A program made the position numbers and the translations under genes. A stretch of DNA of 52,875 nt from Daejeonella sp. (GTDB lineage: Bacteria; Bacteroidota; Bacteroidia; Sphingobacteriales; Sphingobacteriaceae). This document shows, in pieces, positions 10,126 to 18,624 of the stretch. The stretch is taken from the NCBI RefSeq assembly GCF_044342615.1, contig NZ_JBIIPN010000001.1, forward strand, positions 1 to 52,875, given 5' to 3'. A model generated the notes under the pieces. That model had not been told where the DNA came from, did no database searches, and saw only the letters and a list, made by a program, of their open reading frames with translations. Positions within the stretch are counted from its first letter, which is position 1; every line of letters starts with the position of its first letter.

Positions 10126-11706
10126 TTAATTGATGATGGTAATAAAGCCCTTCTTCTCACCTTCGCCATTGTTCAACGTAATCACATAGTAATAAGTCCC
10201 TTCAGGTAATGCGGAGCCATTAAACATCCCGTTCCAATCATTCGTATAATTAATTTTTGAATAAACTATTCTGCCTGAACGGTCTAAGATCATTACCTTA
10301 TTGGATGGATAAGCTGCTAAGTTTTCAATCGTCCAAACATCATTCTCTCCATCTCCATTTGGTGATAAAATATTACTCGGCGTGATATTATAATCTTCTC
10401 TCACGGTCACGGTAATGGCTACCCTTGTTTTGCTTCCAAAGCGGTTCGTTACTTCTACCGTATACGTAGTTGTTGTTTTTGGTGTGGCTATTGGGTTACT
10501 AATTGATGTGGAGTTTAAGCTAGTTGAAGGGAACCATTCATAGGATATAATATCTGATCCGCTCACAAATAGATCAGAGCTATAACCCATGCTGATGGAA
10601 GGGTTTGCACTTGCTGCGGTTCTTGTATTTGGATAGGTTTCATTGCCTGTCCCTGTTAGGACTGGCCTTCTAGATATCGTGATTGTAAATGCTTGTTCAT
10701 GACTAAGGCCGCCTCTATCTGTTGTTCTTAATCGTACAGCATAGCTGTTTTTAGTATCAAACTTAAATACCTGCGCGGCACGTATTTGTCCGTTTAAAAT
10801 AGTGAATGCCGCATTATCTGTAGAACCCGCACCTGCTACTAAAGAGTAGCTATGGGTATCGCCAGCATCAACATCTGTGCTAGATAAGAGTCCGATCAGG
10901 TCCCCAACATTATTGTCTTCATAAAGATTCAGCTTAGTGACTGCAATGGCTGTTGGAACTTCATTTACGTCATTCACAGCGATGGTGAGTGCTTTCTCAT
11001 CAAATCGGCCGTAGGCGTCTGTAACACGTAAGCGAACAGAATAAGACTTTTTTGTTTCAAAATCCAAAGCAGTATTCGTTTGAACTTCTGAATTGTTAAT
11101 AATAAAGGATGCATTATCCGCAGATCCTGTTCCACTTACCAGCGTATAGGTGAATTCTTCTTCTGCTAAGTTTTCATTTGTACCGGCTAAAGTAATCACC
11201 TTAGTGCCAAGAGGGCTATTTTCTGCAATGGAGCTGGCTGTTAAAATCAGATCAGGCGCAAATACAGCAGAAGAAATTTCGCCTAAAGCTAGTTTGGTCA
11301 TATTGGCAGACAAGCTATTATTTGCCAGGTCATTTACCGTAGCTTGGCGATACCATTTATTTGCACTAAATGCAAATAGTTGCAAGCTTTGTTCGGCTAG
11401 TCCATTTAATTCAGAATCAAAGTAATCCTTTTTCAAATTACCCGTAAAGGCGGCAGTTGGATTCGTAAATTGATAGACACGAGAAATCTGATTGCCTAGC
11501 TTTGCATTGGAAACAGATACTCGTTTCAGGGAATTATCGCTCAAGCTAAAGTCTTCTGTGGGTTTCAAACTTATACCATCCGCATGAAGGAGAGCACCTG
11601 CAGTAATTGTCAATTGCTCTGCATTACCCACATGTATCAAGGAGCTACTTTGCGAAAATGCTTCGCATGTAATTAATGTGAAAAGGAAAAGTAATGTGTA
11701 TTTCAT
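10126..11706 (-). CDS. T9SS type-B (gliding-motility-associated) CTD protein with two cadherin-like domains
   Basis: Signal peptide from ATG 11706; cadherin motifs (AENSP...LDFETKKSYSVRLRVTD...VNDVNEVP; EDNNVG...DVDAGD); C-terminal NILSPNGDGENDVW...DRSG...WNG...GTYYYVI. Confidence 0.9.
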   Translation of the reverse strand: MKYTLLFLFTLITCEAFSQSSSLIHVGNAEQLTITAGALLHADGISLKPTEDFSLSDNSLKRVSVSNAKLGNQISRVYQFTNPTAAFTGNLKKDYFDSELNGLAEQSLQLFAFSANKWYRQATVNDLANNSLSANMTKLALGEISSAVFAPDLILTASSIAENSPLGTKVITLAGTNENLAEEEFTYTLVSGTGSADNASFIINNSEVQTNTALDFETKKSYSVRLRVTDAYGRFDEKALTIAVNDVNEVPTAIAVTKLNLYEDNNVGDLIGLLSSTDVDAGDTHSYSLVAGAGSTDNAAFTILNGQIRAAQVFKFDTKNSYAVRLRTTDRGGLSHEQAFTITISRRPVLTGTGNETYPNTRTAASANPSISMGYSSDLFVSGSDIISYEWFPSTSLNSTSISNPIATPKTTTTYTVEVTNRFGSKTRVAITVTVREDYNITPSNILSPNGDGENDVWTIENLAAYPSNKVMILDRSGRIVYSKINYTNDWNGMFNGSALPEGTYYYVITLNNGEGEKKGFITIIN

Positions 11707-11792
11707 GTGATGTTTTTTAAAAGAAAAGTTGAATAACAAAATGTATTACTTTTCATTTTTAAAGCCTTGGATTTCAGAACATTTCATATATA

Positions 11793-13739
11793 TTACAAGG
11801 TAGAATATGATGTAGCATAAATAATTTGAACACTTGGTGAACCTTGATCTATCGAGCACGTATTATAAGAAATTGAAAAATCCGAATCGTTCACCCCTGT
11901 TTTTACTCGTATAGAACCAACACTATTAACCGCAGATGAAACAGTTAAATAATAATCTGTATTTGCTGTAACAGATATTGGGGAAGAAAAAGTGAATGTT
12001 AATATACCGTTACCACTATTAGAATTGGACGAACCTAATAAAGTTGATGTGTTAACTGTAGCAATTGTACTATTGAATGCACCTCCACCAGGTGCGCAAG
12101 CACTTAAACTACTATAGATTGAGAATACTGCATTTGTTGCATTATAAATTTCAAGGGAAATTGAAGTAATATTTCCTGTAACTGTTGGCCGCATTCTTAT
12201 TACATTCTTTCCAAAATCAAAAAATGAAAAATTTGAATTTGCACCAGTAAAACCTAATGAACTTTGTTTTGGAGACTTAAATAAATAAAAAGTACCAGCG
12301 CTTCGGTCATAAACTACATCACCTGGATTATAATTTGAAGTATTAATTGGCCCGGCTATATTAGTTACAAATGTATTGCCAGCAGGAGCAGAAACACTTC
12401 CCCAACTCGCAGTCCCATTCCCATCAGTAGTTAAAACCTGACCATTTGTGCCAGATACTTTAGGATAGGTAATTGAACCCGCGGTCAAAGTGCCTGAAGT
12501 TATCACATTACTTACACTAGCATTTCCTAATTGGATAGTGTTATCTGTTCCAACTTCAGCTCCATAACCGATAGCTGTTGAATTAGAAATAGTTGCTCCT
12601 GCACTAGTAGTTCTAGCTTGTGTTCCTAAAAAAGTATTGTTAGAGCCTGTTGTTAAATTATCACCGGATCGAGTTCCAACACCAACATTATTATTTCCAG
12701 AAGTGCTTATTAAGGATTGGTTACCTATTGCAGTATTATTTGAACCACTAGCTACATTAAACATAGTTTCGGCTCCAACCGATGTATTTCCTCCACCTGT
12801 TGTCAAACCTATCATATTAGCATAACCAACGCCTGTATTATTATCGAAAGAAGTTCCTTTATAATCTTTCAATGCAAAAAATCCCACGGCAGTATTTCTA
12901 GTTCCAGATGCATTACTTGAATATAATGCTCCGCCACCAATAGCTGTATTTTGATCATTTTGGCCAGTACCTTTACCAATTGTTAAGCCATTGACCGTTA
13001 AATCATATGCGCCTAAATTAACTGCAGCATTGGCTCCTGTATAAGGTATACCACCTGTAGGAGGCGTAATCCACCTTGGTGCTCCTGCTCCAGTTGAACT
13101 TAATAGTTGTCCGGAGCTACCTGCACCAGTATAGGCATGTGCAGTACCTGTTCCATATCCAATACCCCCAGCTGTAGCTACGGCAGTTGAATTAGTACCG
13201 CCATTGGCAATAGCTACAATTCCAGTTAATGTGCCTGCAGCAGCAGCTACAGTAATATCAGAACTTCCATCAAATGCTACTCCATTGATATTTTTTGAGG
13301 CTGCTAATTTAGTGGCTGTTCCTGCATTGCCTGTAATGGTGGTTTGATCTCCTGTATTTGTCCCAGTAATGGCTGCAAGCTTTGTTTTTTCTGCTGTGGT
13401 ATAATCATTCGTAGATAAATCTTTTCCAGTTACTTTATCAACTTTTAGGTCTGTATCCGCTTGATTAACTATCAATTTCCAAGCTGTCCCACTGTAATAG
13501 TAAAAACCACTAGGCGCTGTAGTTTGATAAATCAATAAGCCTTGCGCAGGACTACTAATTGCGTCTTTTTGCGTAGCTGTAATTCGAGGAATCAATATTC
13601 CCTTATTATTGGCATCAGAAGTAACCTCTAATGCGGCAGAGGCTGCTGGTGTGCTCGTGCCGATGCCAACTTGAGAGAATGCATTCGAAGCCGTTAACAG
13701 GCTAATGGAAATGAATAGATACTTAAAATAGATTTTCAT
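11793..13739 (-). CDS. Secreted mosaic fibre/adhesin-like protein (QVGIGT N-terminal domain, phage-tail-fibre-like motifs, NTAxG beta-repeats)
   Basis: Signal peptide then QVGIGTSTP...KGILIPR...GLLIYQT...GFYYY...W; Gly/Thr/Asn-rich repeats; no recognisable T9SS CTD. Confidence 0.75.
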   Translation of the reverse strand: MKIYFKYLFISISLLTASNAFSQVGIGTSTPAASAALEVTSDANNKGILIPRITATQKDAISSPAQGLLIYQTTAPSGFYYYSGTAWKLIVNQADTDLKVDKVTGKDLSTNDYTTAEKTKLAAITGTNTGDQTTITGNAGTATKLAASKNINGVAFDGSSDITVAAAAGTLTGIVAIANGGTNSTAVATAGGIGYGTGTAHAYTGAGSSGQLLSSTGAGAPRWITPPTGGIPYTGANAAVNLGAYDLTVNGLTIGKGTGQNDQNTAIGGGALYSSNASGTRNTAVGFFALKDYKGTSFDNNTGVGYANMIGLTTGGGNTSVGAETMFNVASGSNNTAIGNQSLISTSGNNNVGVGTRSGDNLTTGSNNTFLGTQARTTSAGATISNSTAIGYGAEVGTDNTIQLGNASVSNVITSGTLTAGSITYPKVSGTNGQVLTTDGNGTASWGSVSAPAGNTFVTNIAGPINTSNYNPGDVVYDRSAGTFYLFKSPKQSSLGFTGANSNFSFFDFGKNVIRMRPTVTGNITSISLEIYNATNAVFSIYSSLSACAPGGGAFNSTIATVNTSTLLGSSNSNSGNGILTFTFSSPISVTANTDYYLTVSSAVNSVGSIRVKTGVNDSDFSISYNTCSIDQGSPSVQIIYATSYSTL

Positions 13740-14057
13740 ATTAATTAAGGTAGATGTTGAGAATAAAATTTATTTATATTAATAGATTTTACATTTAAAA
13801 ATTCTAAGAAATTCAATCAAAAGCGAACATTAAAATTCTTGAATAGGACTCCTAACAATAAAATTCATAACAGTCATAGAAAATTGCTATTGAAATATTA
13901 TCAATAGTCAAAACATAACAGCAAAAATTAAATTATTAATCAAAGGTGAAAATCTATCCTAAAAAAAAGCATTTTGGTAAAGCCAAAAATCTACCACTTT
14001 TGAAATTTGGTAGAAAAAAACTTTATTGAAACGCTGGCCAAGCATTACACTGAAAAA

Positions 14058-15224
14058 CTAATCTGAGAAATATTGAAGAGGCATTTTCCCTGTTTCCTTC
14101 TTAAATGCGCGGTAAAAGGTGGTCATACTAATAAACCCAGACTCAAAAGCAATAGCGTCAATGGTAATTTTCTGGGATTTTAATGGATAGGTATTGATAA
14201 AGTGTTGAATCCTATAATTATTTACCCAGTCGTTAAAATTCTTGCCGATATACTTATTTATCAATGAAGAACATTGATGTATTGGAACTTGGAATGAGTT
14301 GGCTAAATCCATTACGCGATAGGCACAATTTAAAAATGGTTTTTCATGAATCATATAATTCTGAATACACTTAACCATCTCAAGCTCCGTATCGCTGTTT
14401 TTCCTTGAAAGTTGTACTAATTCTTTTTTGTCTATTAACTCTACAGACTTGTATTTTTCTCCAATAGAAACCAAGATATAGCCATATAATATCTTTGGAT
14501 TATGAACCAAGAGCAATAAAATAGAAAGAAACATAAGCAGTCCAATCCCAAAAACCCACAAATAAATACTTTGATCTTCATCAAAAAATGAACCCTTGGT
14601 GCGAAAATAAACGGTAACAATATTTAAAATATGGAAACCTGTAATGGTAGACAGTCCCCCTAAAAGCCAAATACGTTTAGTTGTACCCCCGTTTTTGTTT
14701 TTATTCAGCTGTGATTTAAAAAGCACCCAAAAGGATAGAATCAAATAAATTGTAAGTAATATTGGTCTGAAATAAAGATAAACTTCCGAAGGGAACAAGC
14801 CCGTATCAGCAACAATAGCAATGTTTTTAGTTTTAATAAGCTCTTGCGTGATAGCATCCCAATTTATAGAAGACGAAAAATACCAAGGAAGATCATCTAT
14901 AAAAGAAACTAAACCTGGCAAAAAGTGCAAATAATCAATTTTGCGTAATTTCTTTTGATTATTTACTATTCCAACAGTATATAAATAAATAAAACCTGGT
15001 GCAACGTAATATAGTGGGCAAAATAACTTTAACAGAACCGGAAAATAGATAATTAGCTCATTATCAATTAATAAAAAAACTGCTATTTGTGTAAAACGAG
15101 CAAATAAAAATAATCCAAGCAAGTAATTAAGATATCGTATTCCCCTTTTTGAAATAAAATAGTGAACAGAAAACGACAGTATTACAATAAGTGCAAAAAC
15201 TATAGTTAAACTTACAAATGGCAT
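14058..15224 (-). CDS. Membrane-anchored AraC family transcriptional regulator
   Basis: Several N-terminal hydrophobic segments; C-terminal KNFNDWVNNYRI...IAFESGF...TFYRAFKKETG AraC HTH. Confidence 0.9.
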   Translation of the reverse strand: MPFVSLTIVFALIVILSFSVHYFISKRGIRYLNYLLGLFLFARFTQIAVFLLIDNELIIYFPVLLKLFCPLYYVAPGFIYLYTVGIVNNQKKLRKIDYLHFLPGLVSFIDDLPWYFSSSINWDAITQELIKTKNIAIVADTGLFPSEVYLYFRPILLTIYLILSFWVLFKSQLNKNKNGGTTKRIWLLGGLSTITGFHILNIVTVYFRTKGSFFDEDQSIYLWVFGIGLLMFLSILLLLVHNPKILYGYILVSIGEKYKSVELIDKKELVQLSRKNSDTELEMVKCIQNYMIHEKPFLNCAYRVMDLANSFQVPIHQCSSLINKYIGKNFNDWVNNYRIQHFINTYPLKSQKITIDAIAFESGFISMTTFYRAFKKETGKMPLQYFSD

Positions 15225-15554
15225 GAAATTCTAAGGCTTTAGATTGATATAAATATATCAATAATTTAAGCTTCAAATAGCATTTAAAAGAATTTTTAAT
15301 GGAATAAATAATATAATAAAATATGATAATTTATTTAACTTTAAGAAAATAAAGAATCGCTTATTTTAGCAAAAAGAATTTTAATTTCTCAATTGGGCGC
15401 TCTCTATTTCATCGATTTGCTTTATCGAATAATTTGAAGGCGAAGAAGCTGTTTAACAATTTATAAAAGGCCTAATTTTAGACAGAAAATGATAGAAAAC
15501 GTGGCGAATACTAATATTTCGATAACAAAATTAGAGCTAAAGATTTTTTAAAAC

Positions 15555-16274
15555 CTAATTCTGATTATCTCTGCTCCAAATTTCATAAATCGGATTACCT
15601 GTAGAACTCTGACCCGAATGATGCCATTTACCATCAACAAGTTTACCATCAAAAGACAGGATTGCTCCTACGCGGCTATCATCCCTCGAAAAATACTCGA
15701 TTTTCTCACTATACTTTCCATTCTCAAAAGTGTAAGAGCCTCCCCCCGTACCAAAAAACTCCTTCGTTTCGGCATTGATGGCTGCCCATTGAAACCTAGT
15801 ACCCGTGAGTAACTTCAGAGTCTTACGCGCTCTGCGCGGATAATCCGCAATTTTACCATCCTGCATCCTTCCAGACATGCGCCAAGTTCCGCTTAGCTCT
15901 CCTTTGCCTTGATCTAATAAATTCCAAGCAACTGTCTTACCATTGAGATCGGAATTGAGTTTTTCCTTTTTAATTACAAAGGAATAACTAATTGTCTGCC
16001 CGATTTGATTTTGATCAATCGTATTAAACTCAATATTTGCAATGAGTCTATCCCCCGAAAAAGTATAGGTCCCGCCCCTGCTTTGAATAAATTTCTTATT
16101 TATCTTATCAAAGGTAGTATGCATAAAATAGCCATCAGATAATAATAAGGTCTGGTCAATATAGTCTTCTTGAGTATGCCAGGCGCCATTAATATGATCT
16201 TGACTGTTTTTTGTGGTGAAGCTCGTCAGACAAATTACTAGTCCTAGAACTATCAGTTTAGTTTTCTTTAACAT
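15555..16274 (-). CDS. Conserved membrane or secreted protein with two internal lipocalin-like repeats
   Basis: Start moved to ATG 16274 (MLKKTKLIVLGLVICLTSF signal), which removes the overlap with TauE. Repeats: INGAWH...SRGGTYT and LSGTWR...TGGGSYT. Confidence 0.75.
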   Translation of the reverse strand: MLKKTKLIVLGLVICLTSFTTKNSQDHINGAWHTQEDYIDQTLLLSDGYFMHTTFDKINKKFIQSRGGTYTFSGDRLIANIEFNTIDQNQIGQTISYSFVIKKEKLNSDLNGKTVAWNLLDQGKGELSGTWRMSGRMQDGKIADYPRRARKTLKLLTGTRFQWAAINAETKEFFGTGGGSYTFENGKYSEKIEYFSRDDSRVGAILSFDGKLVDGKWHHSGQSSTGNPIYEIWSRDNQN

Positions 16275-16315
16275 ATTGATTGCATTCAATATTAAAAATA
16301 AGAAGATTGCAAAAC

Positions 16316-17260
16316 TTAATATACGAATTTTTCGAATGAATTCCAAATTATTCGGAGGCTTGAGATGATAACTAGTATCCCAACACCAATAAACATCTTT
16401 TTGAGGGGTAATTTCCCAGCCAAGCGGGCGGCAATTGGGGCGGCTAGCACCCCTCCAATGATTAAGCCGAGTACAGTTTGCCAATGACTAACACCTAAAA
16501 TGACAAAGAAAGTGAGGGCGCTCGCCATAGTGACAAAAAACTCGGTTAAACTTACTGATCCAATCACATACTTAGGAGTTCTTCCTTTTGAAATTAATGT
16601 ACTCGTAACCAAGGGTCCCCAGCCACCGCCACCAAACGAATCCAAAAAACCTCCCGCACCAGCTAGCCAACCTGCACGCTTTACTTTCTGTGCTTTTCTT
16701 CTCTCCTTAAATGCATTCGTTAATATCCTAACTCCAAGAAGTAAAGTATAAGCCGAAATTACTGGCCTAATAGCCTCTGAATAATTATCTCCAGCATAAG
16801 CCAAAAAAATAGCTCCAATTATGGCTCCTAAAACACCCGGTATTAATAGTGTTCTGAATAGTTTCATGTTCACATTGCCAAAACGGTAATGACTAAAACC
16901 CGAAGCGCCACTCGAAAACATCTCGGCAGTATGAATACTTCCCGAAATTACTGCCGGATTTAATCCCCCAGATAATAAAAGCGTAGTAGAAACCACACCA
17001 TAGCCCATGCCCAATGCACCATCTACAATCTGAGCGCAAAAACCAATCAGCAACATCCACATAAATTTATTGTCAATCTGGGCACTGAGGTTTTTACTTA
17101 ATTCAACAACTGATGTATAACTAATAAATGTATAACAGGCATAGGCAATAAAAAGCAAGGCCAAACTAAATAATGAGAGATACGCAATTCTTTTCCACCT
17201 CCGCTCTTGATTCTTTTCTGAAAGCCGAACCGACTCCGCCGATGCTTCTTTTTGTTTCAT
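16316..17260 (-). CDS. Sulfite exporter TauE/SafE (TSUP) family permease
   Basis: AQIVDGALGMGYG and GFLDSFGGGGWGP repeats; highly hydrophobic. Confidence 0.9.
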   Translation of the reverse strand: MKQKEASAESVRLSEKNQERRWKRIAYLSLFSLALLFIAYACYTFISYTSVVELSKNLSAQIDNKFMWMLLIGFCAQIVDGALGMGYGVVSTTLLLSGGLNPAVISGSIHTAEMFSSGASGFSHYRFGNVNMKLFRTLLIPGVLGAIIGAIFLAYAGDNYSEAIRPVISAYTLLLGVRILTNAFKERRKAQKVKRAGWLAGAGGFLDSFGGGGWGPLVTSTLISKGRTPKYVIGSVSLTEFFVTMASALTFFVILGVSHWQTVLGLIIGGVLAAPIAARLAGKLPLKKMFIGVGILVIISSLRIIWNSFEKFVY

Positions 17261-17412
17261 GTGTTTTTATAAAATATAAAGCCTATGGAATTAGTAGACA
17301 ATTATACTTATTTATTTTGTTTTTTAAACAGGTTCATCAAAACAATCCGTTTTTTTTAGCAAAAGGCAACAATTTATCCCAATAAAAAAAAGAAAAATGA
17401 ATTGCTAATTTA

Positions 17413-17444
17413 TTTGAATTGCTAAAAATTTTAGCATAAATTTG
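17413..17444 (+). promoter_or_regulatory. dinB-dnaE promoter (TTTG-N20-TAAATTTG) overlapped by the palindromic operator TGCTAAAAATTTTAGCA (candidate SOS box)
   Basis: -33 at 17413-17416, -7 at 17437-17444. Perfect inverted repeat at 17420-17436 (CTAA-N5-TTAG core); degenerate second copy at 17403-17417. Confidence 0.7.
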
Positions 17445-17463
17445 TTTCCCCACAACTAATTTT

Positions 17464-18621
17464 ATGCCAACAGAAAAGCAAATTATACATATTGATCAAG
17501 ATGCATTTTTTGTATCAGTAGAGCTTTTAAAGAACTCTTCGCTTGTTGGGAAGCCGGTGATTATCGGGGGCACATCCGACCGTGGAGTGGTTGCTTCTTG
17601 CAGTTATGAAGCCCGAAAATTCGGCATTCACTCGGCCATGCCCTCCCGAATGGCCAAACAGCTTTGTCCCCATGCCATCTTCATCCGTGGCAACATGGAA
17701 GAGTACAGTAAATACTCGCATATCGTTACTGATATTTTGCAGGAAAAGGTTCCTCTTTTAGAAAAAGCCTCCATTGATGAGCATTATATCGACATGACGG
17801 GCATGGACCGATTTTATGGCTGCATGAAGTTTGCGCATGAACTCCGACTTCATGTGATGAAAGAGACAGGTCTGCCCCTCTCCTTCGGCTTATCCGTCAA
17901 TAAAACAGTCTCAAAAATAGCCACCAACGAATGTAAACCAAATGGAGAGCGCCAAGTGCCTCTTAATGAAGTCCAGCCCTTTTTAAACCCTTTATCAATC
18001 AAAAAAATACCCGGCTTAGGACAAGCAACCTATGTAAAACTCAGCGAAATGGGCGTTCGTTTGATTTATACCTTATCGCAAATACCTCAAGAACAGATAT
18101 TTAAGGTGCTTGGAAATAATGGAATAGGCTTATGGCAAAAAGCACAAGGAATTGATAATTCGCCAGTTGTGCCTTATCGGGAACAAAAATCAATCGGCAC
18201 TCAAAGCACTTTTGAAACGGATAGCATTGATACACAGACCATTAAACAACTGATTACATCCATGGTTAGCGACCTCTGTTTTCAGCTCCGAGCACAAAGA
18301 AAACTGACTGCCTGCATCACGGTAACCATCCGCTATTCGAATTTCGAAACGCATACGCAGCAAAGCAAAATAGCCTATACTTCCCTCGATTCGCTGCTCA
18401 TTAGCAGGGCAAAAGAGCTTTTCGATAAATTGTATAATCGCCGAATGCTACTCCGTTTGGTGGGCGTTAAATTTTCGCAATTGGTGAGCGGACATGAACA
18501 AATTAGTCTGTACAGCGCTTCCGAGGAGCAATACAAGCTCTACCAAGCCATGGACCGCATCAAAAATCGCTTTGGGGAAAAGGCTGTAAAACTAGCATCC
18601 ACCATTAATATTAAGCTTTAA
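17464..18621 (+). CDS. dinB: DNA polymerase IV (Y-family)
   Basis: HIDQDAFFVSVE, SYEARKFGIHSAM, SIDE catalytic motif, KPNG, IPGLG HhH; C-terminal QISLY clamp-like motif. Confidence 0.93.
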   Translation: MPTEKQIIHIDQDAFFVSVELLKNSSLVGKPVIIGGTSDRGVVASCSYEARKFGIHSAMPSRMAKQLCPHAIFIRGNMEEYSKYSHIVTDILQEKVPLLEKASIDEHYIDMTGMDRFYGCMKFAHELRLHVMKETGLPLSFGLSVNKTVSKIATNECKPNGERQVPLNEVQPFLNPLSIKKIPGLGQATYVKLSEMGVRLIYTLSQIPQEQIFKVLGNNGIGLWQKAQGIDNSPVVPYREQKSIGTQSTFETDSIDTQTIKQLITSMVSDLCFQLRAQRKLTACITVTIRYSNFETHTQQSKIAYTSLDSLLISRAKELFDKLYNRRMLLRLVGVKFSQLVSGHEQISLYSASEEQYKLYQAMDRIKNRFGEKAVKLASTINIKL

Positions 18622-18624
18622 GGC

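Noticed and set aside
11793-13739. Prophage tail-fibre gene or prophage remnant
   Set aside because: It has a Sec signal peptide, lies in a T9SS-type operon, and there are no integrase, capsid, terminase or other phage genes.
16275-16484. N-terminal extension of the 309-aa ORF
   Set aside because: It overlaps TauE in another frame; a clean signal peptide begins at ATG 16274.
17464-18621. imuB
   Set aside because: Catalytic Asp and SIDE residues are intact, unlike the inactive ImuB.
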